The notes: generated from the sequence alone by a model not told the origin. Shown: positions 12,232-25,651, counted from the whole stretch's first letter. The stretch is DNA of 62,841 bases, filler included, from Globobulimina sp. (GCA_003354225.1; 22 parts of 22 records of this genome joined end to end with filler, not necessarily neighbours in it); one strand, 5' to 3'. Translations and numbers: made by a program.

Positions 12232-14213
12232 TTAATCATTTTGTACTTTATGCTCATTACGATACGTATCAAATGCATCTTTATTTGTGGAATTCTCATT
12301 ATTCCCATTTCCATAATTAACACCAGTCCCCAATGATGGTTGAAATATGAATTTTGTATTTGTAATTTTGCTCTGACTGCTCGGCGTTTTCCACTCCTTT
12401 GGCGTTACAGGACTTTCATTAAAACGCGGATGCAGTGCTCTTAAAAACTCCTCGTAATCAATCTGTCCATCATCATCCCAGTCAGCAGCGATCATACAAT
12501 CGCCAATCCACAATGAAATATTCTTTTTTCTCCTCTCCGCTGCCGACAATTTACTCACATTAACATTCTCATTGACCGGTTTAAATAAATTCAATTGCTT
12601 TATTCCATCATCAAATGCTTTCGGATTAACAATGGCTAAAACTCGCTTTATCTCTGCTTTTGTAATATGTCCATCATTATCAACATCTAAACGAGAAAAT
12701 GCTTCCCATAATCTCTCATCCACTGCCACTAATCTCTGATATGAGAATGCCGTCACCAACGAATTAAAATTGATCACATCCGTCTCATTCCAGTCTAATG
12801 ACGCAAACATTGCTTCAATTTGATATTCTTTATATCCGTGGTCGTATTCTCTCATTACGCTCTTTAAAAATAATTAATATTAAAATAGAATCATAACACA
12901 AACGTTATTTTATGTGTCGCAGTGCGTGAAATGATTATATTTTAATATTATTTGCGCTGTACATTATCTGTATAAAATACCTTAAATTGCTCCAATGTCA
13001 ATGAGCCATTACCTTCCTTATCAAATTTGTTCCAACACTCTTCCAACTCATTCAACTCATTCCTCTCAATTTGATGCGCGAATAGCCGCGCAATCATCAC
13101 ATTGAACTCGCATTGTCCCTGGAACTTAGTCAAAGCGTCCATTATGGTCAAAGGCAGCATATTCGAATCAGCCAATGTCTTAAAATACGGATGCGTCAAA
13201 CATTCGGCCGCTGTTAATCGTTTTGCCAAATCTGAGCACAACATCTTCGAAATCAAGTCTTTCAATTCCGCACCAATCGGGATTTCCGATGGAAACCATG
13301 GACCTAAACCGGGCTTAGTACTTGGATCGAACCCTTTTTTTATTTTAGAAAATAATTTTTCATGCTCAATTTTCTGTTTTTCCTCATCGTTATCATCCAT
13401 GCTCTTATAATTTATGTTGGTTCCTTCGAAAAAGGGAGGATATCCAAAGCGTAGCATGAAGCAAATAATTCCCACCGACCAAACATCGGCTTTTTTGTCA
13501 TAGAAACCTTGGATTACTTCAGGTGCCACAAAGGAGGGAGTACCCACTAAGACGCCCGCTTTGTGCAAGGAAGGGATCATTCGACTCATTCCGAAGTCGA
13601 TTAATTGGATTTCATTCTGTGCGTTGAACATAATATTATCCGGTTTCAGGTCCAAATGCGCGATTTTGTACCGATGCAGAAACGCCAAGCCTTCCACTAT
13701 CTGCTTCATTATGCTCTGGATGGTCTTTTCTGAGTGCTGTTCGTCTTCGATATTGGCCCATAAATTGCCGCCAGAACAGAAATTTGTGACAATGTATAAA
13801 TAATTCCTATCCTCGAACACGTCCATTAAGTCAACGATGTATTGGCTGCCTTCCATGTGTCGCTTTTTTAAATGCTGGATTTTTTCCAATAATTTAATTT
13901 CTTGTTGTAATAATTTAATTGTTTCTTGTTTGTGTTGGTAGTTTAAATGATGAAATTTGGCTTTTTTGATTTTCTTAACGGCAAAATATTTATCTTCGTC
14001 GTCTCCATCGCTGCTTGAATAGGAATGAGACATCGAATCACTTTCATTCTCATCATACGCATCCTCATCAATATTATACTTATCACCTTTTTGCCACAAC
14101 AAAATGAATAAATATTACAGTATGCTCAAAATAAATAAACAACACATACCGGGATAGTCTAAGACACTGCGAGTATTGGTGGTGGAGCCGTATTTCGTGG
14201 ACGATTTGAGCGT
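12232..14213 (-). CDS. Calcium-dependent protein kinase (kinase + four EF-hands), 5' partial
   Basis: AVKKI, HLDLKPDN, DFG, GTPSFVAPE and DVWSVG kinase motifs, followed by EF-hands DKEGNG, DWNETD, DVDNDG and DWDDDG. Introns at about 12864-12980 and 14087-14149. Confidence 0.92.
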
Positions 14214-14313
14214 NNNNNNNNNNNNNNNNNNNNNNNNNNNNNNNNNNNNNNNNNNNNTTAATTAATTAANNNNNNNNNNNNNNNNNNNNNNNNNNNNNNN
14301 NNNNNNNNNNNNN

Positions 14314-15245
14314 AGTTTTTTATAGTATATATCGTCCGGATAATATGCTGTCATCCAAATCATACATATGGCATTTATAATGCATTCGACAGCAGAATAT
14401 AAAGGAAATCCACTTCCAATTGTAACTCCTGGGAAAAAAAGTGTGGATATGCATGATACTATTGTCAATATATACATTTTGGTTCCGACATAGGCCATTT
14501 TTTCAACCATTTTACTGACTTTAGGGTCACTAATGATGCATATCATAGCCTTTGATGTAGCACGTAATGGTGCTATAAATGTCCATATAGATCCCACTGT
14601 AACAATGAGATCTTGACTATAAATTAAAGCTGTGACAGATATAAATAAAATAATGTGCTATGCACATTTAAATACATATACAATGAATGTGATACCTCCT
14701 ATAAGAAGAAATGAACCGGATGATGGACCGCACCATGGCCAACGTGGATAAATGAATGAATCAGAAAAAATGATTAATGCAATAACAGAGGCAATGCCAT
14801 ATACTACTAATAATATAATAAAAAAACGAATGCACTTAGTATTGTATCCATAGCTGGATTCTCCATAAATTATCTGTAATCTCAGTAAATATACTGAATA
14901 CATCCATGCTTTTTGAGCTTGGATGTTTGTAAAAACGAATATTTTCTGAATACGACATTGTGATTCATTTCTTAAAAATGTCGACAATGTTGTTAATAAA
15001 ATTGCTAATACAGAATGGAATATTGGCGGTAATGTAGCAATCGCGACAGTTTTATACATTTTTGAAATTTCTGGCATTTTTACTCTATGTGATACAGACT
15101 TTCGTTCTGCTGTGTACAAATCTTGATACGTTTTGATACTATGAACCGCGAATATTACCAGTATAGCTACCAGATATATACTATAACATATGCTTCCAGC
15201 AATTGCCCACTGTCCCTGCACGTTTGCTTCCTCAAGTGAAGACAT
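14314..15245 (-). CDS. Multi-pass (7TM-like) membrane protein, one intron, 3' partial
   Basis: About seven hydrophobic segments across ORFs 14658-15245 and 14314-14597. Confidence 0.65.
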
Positions 15246-15270
15246 TTAAGGTGGAAAATTGCTTAGCTAA

Positions 15271-16194
15271 ATGGCAACTGTTTTTAAACAATATTTAGAA
15301 GATCATGATGGTGATTGCCCAACAAATGCGCATCTTTTAGTAAATTATTCAAAACAATATACACATCTAAAAACGCTGAAATGGTTTGATGCACACATTC
15401 TCATCGAACATTATATGATGCATAATACAATTCTCTCATCAGACAGTGATTCTGCTATTGATCACGATTTGAGTCACTCACAGTCACAGACACCAAATTT
15501 AATATTGCAATCAAAAAACACTAAAAATGCACTTCATCATTTAATTCAACTTCATGTTGAAAATATTAAACGATCAATAAGCATGAAATCATCATATTAT
15601 AATTCGTTAAACAACAAAAAACCGTCAGCAGAAACAGAGTTATCCCGAAGAATAACATCTTATACAAATAGCGAGAAACATTTAATAATATACACACAAC
15701 AATATCCATTTGAAAAACGAAGAGAAAGTTAAGTATGCGAGCCATGTTTCTCTTGTATTGATGTAATTGCGTTACTTTGTTGTACAATAATATTTGCTGT
15801 GGCTGGTTATTTTGTTTTAATGATGGGGGTTACCAATGAATTATATTTGTATATTGCTGGTATTACATTTATTGGGAGTTTGTGTTGTTGTATTATTTTA
15901 TTGTTATGTTATAATAAATTATGTAAAACATCAAAGATTTTCCATTGTGAATATTGTAGAGATTGTATGGATTATTTTAATGGAATTGATGAAATTACTT
16001 GGTATAATCAGCAATGTTTACGAATACAACAACAACAGAAACGTTTTGACTTTGTTATTGATTATTTTTGTAGAATGTATGACGTTGAATTAGGTGAAAT
16101 AGCATTGGAACTTATATCTGAATATTATCATAATCCAAGCAGTGCTACACAACCTCTTGCTATTTCCTTAAATATTGATTCGATAAATATTTAA
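15271..16194 (+). pseudogene. Two-TM hypothetical protein interrupted by one in-frame TAA (15730-15732)
   Basis: ORFs 15271-15732 and 15799-16194 share a frame, and the 66 nt between them are open and coding-like (VCEPCFSCIDVIALLCCTIIFA). Confidence 0.55.
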
Positions 16195-16337
16195 TTCGAT
16201 TGTTTACTTAATTGGTTGATATTTAAAATTAATTATTTTTATGTTTCTCTATGTGTGCAATATCAACCGCGTAAAAACTATCTGCAAAAATGAAAATAAA
16301 GATTTGAACTTTACTTTTCGAAAACCATACTGTTTGC

Positions 16338-17075
16338 ATGTCGCTGCAAGAAGGTGGATCTGAGTCAATCTCAGAGGTTACATCATGGCTAAAAACCAAC
16401 AATCTTGAACCATTAGTTGGTATATTCCGGGATCGTGCAATCACTCTCGATGAACTGCATGAAATCGTGCAATTTGGTGACGATGACTTCATGTTAATAA
16501 ATCCTACACCACACACATAATATATCTATGCTATACAACACCTCCTATAACATCTAAAACAGAGCATTTGCAAAGGAACTATCCAATGATGAGAATATCC
16601 AACAAATCCTCATCAAAGCAGCTAAAACAATAAACATAGAGCAGGAAGAAAAGGATAATAACATGGCAGCACCGGATATTATCCCCATCCCCATTCCCAT
16701 TCCCATTCCAAACAAACATAACTATCCAACGCCACAACCTCAACATGTCATAGTATCCCCAGCCGAACACGAAGCAATCTCCTCTTTATACGAACGATTT
16801 GATTTTGTCAGCAAACTACGCACTGAAATACAACAAGAATACCAACAGTCATTGACATTAAGCACAGAGAATGCAATCGAATCTATTCAACATTTATTTG
16901 ATGACATATTAATGCCACAAATTAAAAACAAAAAGAATGAATTATTAAACAGTATCAATGAATTACAGCAAAAGAAAGAAACACAATTAAAACAGCAATT
17001 AGCTGCTCTCCATAATGACCTTCAAATTGTGGACAAAGTTAAAAATTGCACGAATACAATTATAGCCATGCCATA
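16338..17075 (+). CDS. SAM-like domain + coiled-coil protein, one intron, 3' partial
   Basis: SEVTSWLKTNNLEPLVGIF..AITLDEL resembles a SAM N-terminus; intron at about 16493-16563; coiled-coil C-terminal part. Confidence 0.6.
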
Positions 17076-17175
17076 NNNNNNNNNNNNNNNNNNNNNNNNN
17101 NNNNNNNNNNNNNNNNNNNTTAATTAATTAANNNNNNNNNNNNNNNNNNNNNNNNNNNNNNNNNNNNNNNNNNNN

Positions 17176-18081
17176 TTCCGCAGTGGCTAAAAATTTAACA
17201 TGTACCGGATGCAAAATTAATAACACAAAGAAAGGTTGCGATAAATCTGTGGTGTCCAACCAGTGTTGGAATTGATCAACTAAATATATGCTGTCTTGTG
17301 CGGGTATTTTATAACTTATATTTGTGACACCAATTGGCGATGATGCATTTGGATACCAATATGAAGTGCACCATGGACCGTCATCGTAGTGGCCAGTGAT
17401 GCAATTGTCATATGGATGGAAGCAGGCGCAATTTGTAGTGCATGATGGAGCTGAAGCTTCAGTGGCTAACCATGTGTCAAATCCATGCAAGGACGGATTA
17501 CTCATTCCGTGCTGTTGTGTTTTTATCCAAAAGTCACCCAAATGCCTATACATTTATTACATTATACAATTGATTGACATTGGACAGTGTTGAAACGTTA
17601 ACATACCATTTCCCAAAAAAAGCAGTATTATACTTTGGATTTGATTTTTTGACAGCTTCTGCCACAGTAAATGTCGAATTGGGGAAAGGCATTGGTTCTG
17701 AACAATTCCATGCTAGTCGTATAAGGTCCCTTTTTTGTGCGACATTGAATAAAAACAAGGACAATATATACCTGGTTTGTTACCACATCCGTTTGCACGA
17801 TATATACATTCTCTATTTGGTGTCCTTCCCGACAGTATCGATGCTCTCGTTGGCGAACAAACAGGTCCGCCAGCATAGCCACGCCAAAATGTGATTGTAT
17901 TTGGAGAGTGGATCCATGCATCTAAATATGGTGTGGTGGCTGTGCCGTTATTATATGTCGTATCTCCCCAACCCATATCATCTGCTAAGATCATGACGAA
18001 ATTTGGATACTTAGTTTTGCCAAAACATGCTTGACGCAGTAATGTTGTAATTGTAATCAGAAAGAAAAACAACGATGCCAT
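17176..18081 (-). CDS. Secreted sulfatase (formylglycine type), multi-exon, 3' partial
   Basis: Signal peptide, [27 protein letters not shown] (CxPxR) and GKW|HLG across an intron. Confidence 0.93.
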
Positions 18082-18132
18082 GGTTCAAAAACAGCTAACT
18101 TAGTTCAAAAACAGTCATCATTGCAATCTTTG

Positions 18133-19937
18133 TTAAATAAATATTGCGTGTGATGCATATATATTTGATAGTGATATTTGTGAACCTGTCATACTGTTTG
18201 ATTTTGTTTTGAATCGTTTTCTCATTTGATTATAAACATATTGCGCCATTAATTTATCATTAGATTTGCAACAACCACTCATCAATGTATTCCAAAGAAC
18301 ATCATTTTTCTGTTTTGACGTTTTTTCAAACTTTATGATAAATTCATGTGCCTCGTTTAAATGTCCTCTCCGCGCAAAACAATCAATCATTGCATTGATG
18401 ACACAAACATTAAATTTAATATGTTCATCGATTTCCTTTTGCCAAATATTATATGCTTTGTCTAATTTGCCATAATGACTACAACTGTTCAGCAATATAA
18501 TATATGTATTTTCATTCTTCATTTCCAAGGCTTTATACATTTTATATCCTCCCTCAAAATCATTATTACTGCAATAAGCACGAATCATTGCGTTGTAAAT
18601 ATCAATATCAATATTTGTATATTTGCATTTTATGCGATCAAATATTTCATTACAATTATGCAGCAAACCATATTTCGAATGCATATTTATTGCTTTAATT
18701 TGTAATTCCGAATCATTGAATAGCATTTCCTTATGGTTTGTTTTCAATTTCTCATAAATACCTTGAGCAATATCGATGGAAGCAATAAAAGTAGCAGCAG
18801 TCACTACGATTTTATATGAAACAATATCAGGTATTAATAATTTATTTATATGTTCAATCTCATAAAATAAATCAATACATTCTTTGTTTAAATTGCTAAT
18901 GCAAAAGGCATCCATCATCGAATTAATTGTAATTATATCTTTTTGTTTGTTTGGAATGCAATTGAATATATTCAATGCACTTTCTATCTCCATCGCATTA
19001 CCGTAAAAGTCTATTAATGTGTTTTTTAAATCCAATGAGTCAATCTGTTTTATACTGCAATGAATCTGTTTTCCTTTCTGAATATCACCCAAATTGGTGC
19101 AGGCTTTTAGAGCTAGCATCTGTATGATTGCTACATTACCATCTGACATTGCCATTGTTTCATATCTATCAAACAACTCTAATGCATCCATGTTATGTCC
19201 ATTATGAATACAGCACTTCATCATTGCACCAATAAATCTTCCATTTTTAAACGTATCCGTTACTGAATGAAATATATTCCATGCTGTCATAATGTCGTTC
19301 ATACATTGTCCATAAAAATCTATTAACGAACTTTTCAATTCAATGCTTTGTTTATTATTACTTTGCAGCAAGTTATAATGAATACGTTTACCTTTTTCTC
19401 TATCTTTTGCGTGAATACATGCTCGTAATGCTAACGAATGAGAAATTGCATCTTTGTCAAGCAAATTATCATATAAATCCAGTGCATGTTCATATAAATT
19501 GCATGCAATATATGCTTGCATCATGGAATTGTATGTAATCGTATCTTTTTTCATATCCTTAATGTCATTAAACACATCCAATGCATGAGTAATATTTTTA
19601 CACTGTCCATAAAAATGAATCAACGTATTTTTTAATTTTAAGTCATCAAAATATTCAGCTTCGTTTTTTATTTTCAAATGAATTTGTTTTCCTTTACCAA
19701 TATCACCCATTTTGGTGCATGCTTTAATTGCAAATAACGCAGCAACATTGTTATTATCTCCATATTTATCATATACTTCAAGAGCTTCCATATTATTATT
19801 ATTCTCAACAAACTGTTTAATTATTGCTGCAATGCAATATGAATCTTTTTCATTGTTAGCTATTGAATTAAATATCGCAAATGCTTTATTTATGTCTGCC
19901 ATGCTGCCATAAAAATCAATTAAACCAGTTTTAAACA
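18133..19937 (-). CDS. PLS-class pentatricopeptide repeat protein with E-domain-like C-terminus, 5' partial
   Basis: Repeating triplets LKNTLIxFYG..(S), TITYNSMMxAY..(P) and LALKAC...GKQIH(L). Ends with LLNSCSHYG, MIDCFARRG, LWNTLMSGC and SLSNIYA. Confidence 0.88.
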
Positions 19938-20037
19938 NNNNNNNNNNNNNNNNNNNNNNNNNNNNNNNNNNNNNNNNNNNNTTAATTAATTAANNNNNNN
20001 NNNNNNNNNNNNNNNNNNNNNNNNNNNNNNNNNNNNN

Positions 20038-20250
20038 TAATGCTAAATTAGCATTAACATAGCATTAACATATGTTCATCTTTTATGTTAATGCTATGAA
20101 AATAGCATTTTCAATATAGATTTTTGCATTATCATAGCATTAACATAGCATTAACACAAGAAAATAGCATTAACATAGCATTAATATAGCATTAATACGA
20201 ATGAATCTATATATACCTCAAATCCGAGGATAAATTATTATAATGCTTTT
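20038..20250. repeat. Cluster of TAGCATTAACA direct and inverted repeats
   Basis: At least seven TAGCATTAA copies plus inverted TAATGCT(A) copies at the contig start. Confidence 0.85.
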
Positions 20251-20554
20251 CGCAATTTTTGTACATACTTTTCATCAATTAACAGTTTTTCAAGTAAGTT
20301 TGTATTATATTGTGAAGAAATCACTGTAAGCCAATCAACACAACGCACTCTTCTTATTTTTGTTTTTTGTAATAAATAAATAAGAGAAGAAAACCAAATT
20401 TACAAGAAAACTCGTCAAAAATTGATCGTTCACGATTGCGCAATATAAGTATATCCGTAAAAAGAAAGACGACGTAAATCGAGCAAACTTAATCGAAATC
20501 TATAACTCTGCGAGTGCCTTACCTGGACATTCCACCTTAATCTCTTCCCACCAA

Positions 20555-22718
20555 TTGGACAAAGCCATAGCTGCCTCGCCGCATTCCTATCAATCGCCTC
20601 GTTCCCCACGCTCTGCCCATTCCGCATCGTACAACAATCCCAACCAAAACCAAAACCAAAACCAAAACCAAAACCAATCCCATCCCCTCCACTCAAACAC
20701 CAACAACAGCAACACGGCGAATATTAACAATAATCAGCCGCAGTACACCACCGATTCCATCCTTGGCGATTACAACCAGTTAATGGAAGGGACCCCGGTG
20801 CAGCAATTAAAAAAATATTTAGAACCGTACAGCAAAGATGAACTACAATCTTTGATCATGTCCTTAGCCACCAACGACGACCAAGCATGTCAGGCCGTTT
20901 TAAGCAAAATCAAATCTGACAAGAAATGGTGCAAATTATTCGTTCATGGTTTAGCATTCTCCACTTCCAAGGTACTGGCATTCATTTATTTATTATAATT
21001 ACAATCATTCTCCTTGCACTCATTTGTTATTCTTTTATGTTATAACTTATATCCTTGCACTTGCTCAAAAAAGGAAACATTGGAAAGTCATTATAAGCTT
21101 TATGGCAAAGTCAAGGAAGCCGTGGTGTTGGTGGATAAAAAGGGAAACTCGAAAGGCTATGGGTTTGTGACCTTTGAAAATGCCAAGTTCGCCTTGGAGG
21201 CCGCCAAAGATCCAAAAAAACGCATCGATAATCGGGTGACGCATTGCAATCTCGCATTTAAAGGTATGTGTAATGTGTGACTGCGTGTTCTGAGTTATAT
21301 GCGATTTTGCGTTTTATTATAGGGAATCCAAAGAAATTCGCGGTGTCCAGCGGTGGTACGCCCAATCAAGGCCTATCTCCCAAGCAACGCGAAAATGCAA
21401 ATGACCGACGATTATTCGTACACTCATTGGCCTGGAAAACCGACGACGACTCTCTGGCCGATGTGTTTCGAGAATATGGCGAGTTGCAGGAAGCGGTGGT
21501 GATTCGCGACAAAAAAACTGGGAAATCCAAGGGTATTATTTTTGCTTTTCAACCACAAACAAACCTTTTGATTTCAAATTGTTTTCTGCGAATTTGCGCA
21601 CTGTGCATAATATGACAGGTTACGGATTCGTGACATTTAAGTACAGCGAATCGGCGCAGTCGGCGCTGAATGAGCCAAACAAGAAGATCGACGGTCGTCA
21701 GACCCATTGCAACTATGCGTGCGAGCGCAGCAACATGAACGCCGGCGGCGGCGGCAACAATTCGAGCAACACTCCGTCCGGCGACGCCTCCATAAACTCG
21801 CCCAATTCCGCCATGAATGACATGGGCGGCAACTCGCACAATTTGACCTCGCCCAATTCGATGAATATGAGTATGAATCTACAAACCAGCAACAGTATGA
21901 GCAGTGGGGGCCATTCCCATCCCACCATCAACACCTTCACCTCCAACCCGTTAGCATTGAACGCGAACATCTCCGCAAACTCCAACAGCTCCATCCAACG
22001 CACCAACCCCTTCGCCGGCGTCCATAATCCGCAGCAACTCTCTTCCGGCATCAATGTCAACCTTCAAAACTATCACCATCCATGTATGCGTTTGTATATT
22101 TCTATAACTTTGATGCTAAAATGTGTACATTAACAGTACTTGGAATGGGCGCGCCATCGCCGCAGCATCCCACTCGACCGTTGATGACGTCGTATAACCC
22201 GTCGTACGGCAATAACAATTACGGCGGGCATGGTGGTGGAGGGCATGGCCATTCTCAGGGCCACCAACATGGCGGTCGCCATCCTTCGGATTTGTCGCAT
22301 TTGATATCGCCAAACGCGTCGCACTCGCACGATCCCACCGTGTCATTGTTGCGCAATATCAACGCGCCGCAGTCGCCAATTCCCAACATCTTATCCGGCG
22401 GCATCCAGGGCAATATGGGCAATATGGGCAATATGGGGCTATCTCAAGGCATCCAGCACATGTTAATGAGGAACACGCAGTCTCAAGGTATACAACACAT
22501 AGTTACCCCTCCCATGCACCCCATCCATGAATACGACGATTTCATCCCATTTGATATCCGAGAAAGCGAATATAGAAATGCGCCAAGTCGGAACTGTGCA
22601 CACCATCCCCCAAATGATCACGTTTTGTCCTGCTTTATTGGACGAAATGGCTCATTTTAAGCCCCCTCAAAAAAACAAACGCGAAACATTGGACCAAAAA
22701 TATAGTTTGAAAGCCTGA
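20555..22718 (+). CDS. Two-RRM RNA-binding protein resembling plant UBP1-associated protein 2, multi-exon; start and last exon uncertain
   Basis: LEPYSKDEL, KLFVHGLAF, SKGYGFVTF, RRLFVHSLAWKT, KTGKSKG|YGFVTF and PxKxIDxRxTHCN; N/Q/G-rich low-complexity termini. Confidence 0.85.
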
Positions 22719-22991
22719 AAGCCATGCGAAATCCCTGAAGGATATAATTTTATAATATTATAAAAGTTCGGCAAGAATAATTGTGAATGTGAAATCTTNN
22801 NNNNNNNNNNNNNNNNNNNNNNNNNNNNNNNNNNNNNNNNNNTTAATTAATTAANNNNNNNNNNNNNNNNNNNNNNNNNNNNNNNNNNNNNNNNNNNNAA
22901 AAGTTTTCCTAAGAAAAGCCTACTGCCGACTGACAAAATCAATATAGTTAAAAAGCTTAAAGCTGTGCAAATAGGCAAGAAAAACGTTATT

Positions 22992-25154
22992 TTATTGGTA
23001 GAAATTGTTCATATTTGAATCAAAATGACTTTGCCGTTTTGGATGTATTCTGGATCTTATCTTCCATGGCGGTTGTTGCTGTCGGCAATTTCTCCGATGA
23101 CACCAACTATATTTATCCAACATGTTGTTGTTAATATAATTATTAGGATGACGACAATGATAATGTCTTTGATAACTATTATTATTATACTTGTTTGAAT
23201 ATTGTTGAGTGTACCAATTGCAATTATCAATTGCTTCATCATTAGAATAGTTATTATTGTTATTGTTATTGTTATTGATATTGTTATTGATATTATTATT
23301 ATTGATATTGTTATTGTTATGGCAATGATTACGATGATTATAATGTTGTTCTCTTTTTCTTTCTCTATCTCTATATCTATGCCCATCTCTATCTTTATGT
23401 CTTTCTCTGTCTCTGTCCCTGTCTCTGTCCCTGTCTCTGTCTCTATGTCTTTTTTCTTTGTGTTTAGGTTTATGTTTAGGTTTATGTTTACGTCCGCGGT
23501 GATGTTTATGTTTTGAGCGATGTTTCATATCATCGCTATCGATATCATTACTAATATTACTCTCTGTGTCAGACTCAGTATTCGAAGCAGAAGCAAATGC
23601 ATTATTCGTTTTTTGCCGCTTACATTTTTTGTCAGTCTCAGTGTCAGCGTCAGCGTCGGATCTCTGCCGTTTTCGTATATTTGCAATTGTATTTGTGGGC
23701 GACTCAGAATAATGTGCAGTGGCAGTGGGCGTTAAATCACTTAATGGAGAGATTAAAACCGATATTTTATCTTCATTTTCATTTTCGGCTTTTTTTGGAA
23801 CATTTTTAATTTTATTTTGTTTGACACAGATTCGATGTCTTATAATTCGCTTTGGAATTCTCTCATTTTTATGTTTGCTTTTTGAATTTGAAGGAATATT
23901 ATTAATAATTGGATTTTTAATATTAATACAATCGATATCGCCGCCATATAATTGATGTAATAAGATATTATTACTATTTTTAGTGAATTGGAATATATTT
24001 AAACTATTTAGTTTCAGTGAGATTGCTCTGATTTGATCAACATTCAACTCTTTGCAATATAGATATAATATATTATCAAATTGATAATTTTGTTGAATAT
24101 TTGAGAGATTATGGTGGTCCATATCATGATCATGATCACGTATTGCAGATTGTGATTGTGACTGTGACTGTGATTGTAACTGTGATTTATTGCAGACAAT
24201 GCCTTTTGAAATTTGTTTTGTGTGAATAAATGAAGAGGGATAATTTAATAAATGTTTCAAGTAAATGCTATGTCGGTGTAATTGTACTTTTTTATCCATT
24301 TTTCTATAGATAATGATGGGTTTTTTATTGATTTTGCTGTTGTGTGTAATATTAATATGAGTAAGCTTTGTTTTGTTTGGCGTGGAACCCAAATATTTCC
24401 TGCAATTACTCTCCCCGCAATAGCATGGCTGGAGTTCTTCGCCATATCTTTGGAATTGATAATCGAATGTGAGTTCTTCGTTAATTTTGATGTGTCGTAA
24501 GGCGAAGAAGCCAATACATCGCTCGCCCAAAACAGTCCATTTCTGTGTAGCACAGTTTGGAGCGCACGAATGATTAATAAACCTTGCTTTTGACCCTTTT
24601 TGTGTGGCATCGATTAAATATCCGCTGCCGATGGATAATATAAAAAATTTCTTTGAACCAAAATATTTCCATCGTAATCTATTTTTAACTTCAACAGAAT
24701 CAATTATTTCGCCAACATATTCAATTACAAAAGCATTCTTTTTTATATCTTGTTTTGCAAACAATCCCCATCCCTTTTTTCCTGCATTTCGAATTTCAAT
24801 ATCTGCCCATTGACGATTTTGAAAACGTCTATTTTCACATTTACTACCTACTAAACAATAATCAGCATTGCATTCTGCTGAATACATTCTATTTAAACAT
24901 CCAATACCACAAAATTCATCATGTTGTGGATTGCAATTACATTCATAGACATCATCTTCGCTCTCTATACGTTTCTCGCGACTCACATAAATATCTATTA
25001 TTCATTTTCATTAATTCATTAATTGCATGCATGCAACAAAGAAAATATTAATTTAATTTAATTTAATTTAATTTTATTTTAACTACGTACTTGCAAAGAC
25101 TTCTTGAAATCCTTTTGGGACATTTGAAGTTGGTGTTAAATCTGCTGCTGCCAT
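22992..25154 (-). CDS. SET-domain histone lysine methyltransferase (AWS-SET-postSET, Set2/ASH1 H3K36 type)
   Basis: CLNR..EC...C.NRRFQ, KKGWGL, FVIEYVGE, RFINHSCAPN, ELTFDY and CYCGESNCR. Short first exon from the ATG at 25154. RD- and N-rich tail. Confidence 0.92.
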
Positions 25155-25305
25155 TCTTTAGTAAACTAGCAACAACAACAAAAAACCTAAACAATCCTTA
25201 TCTTGCATTTGTGTGAATGCTACTGAACTGCCAACTACTCAGCAAACATTTCGCTCCCTGCCATTTTCCATTTTGTCCAATTATCAATCTCTAACACTGG
25301 TTATC

Positions 25306-25651
25306 TGATTGATAATAATGACAACACATCATCGTCATCGTCATCGTCATCAGAAGATAGTACATCTGCTAGTACTCAATTGCAAGACAGTGAGGCTCGT
25401 TATTTGTTAAAAGATAGAGAAGATGGAAAGGATATAAAATCAAAAGGAATTCTAGGATATATTACAGGAGGAATCCGAGGATCAGTATTTACAATTGTAA
25501 TATCAACAGTTGGTGCTGGATGTTTGTCATTGTTAAGTTTATACGAAAAAGAGTTCGTAGATATAATATATATATTTGTATACATAGACCTTATGGTATT
25601 CGTTCATTTGGATTAGTTCCTGGTTTGTTTGTTTCACCTGCTTTAACTTGA
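25306..25651 (+). CDS. Amino-acid transporter (Aa_trans/SLC38-like) 5' fragment, possibly a pseudogene
   Basis: GGIRGSVFTIVISTVGAGCLSL|PYGIRSFGLVPG across an intron. No in-frame ATG, and a stop occurs just before the contig end. Confidence 0.6.

Noticed and set aside
15271-16194. Alternative genetic code (TAA reassigned)
   Set aside because: Many well-identified genes end at TAA, TAG or TGA at the expected position, and long ORFs lack internal stops.
23057-24813. Multiple overlapping or antisense ORFs over the SET gene, and similar shadows over the GR-rich, PPR and channel genes
   Set aside because: They are by-products of low-complexity or coding sequence on the other strand or frame and have no motifs of their own.
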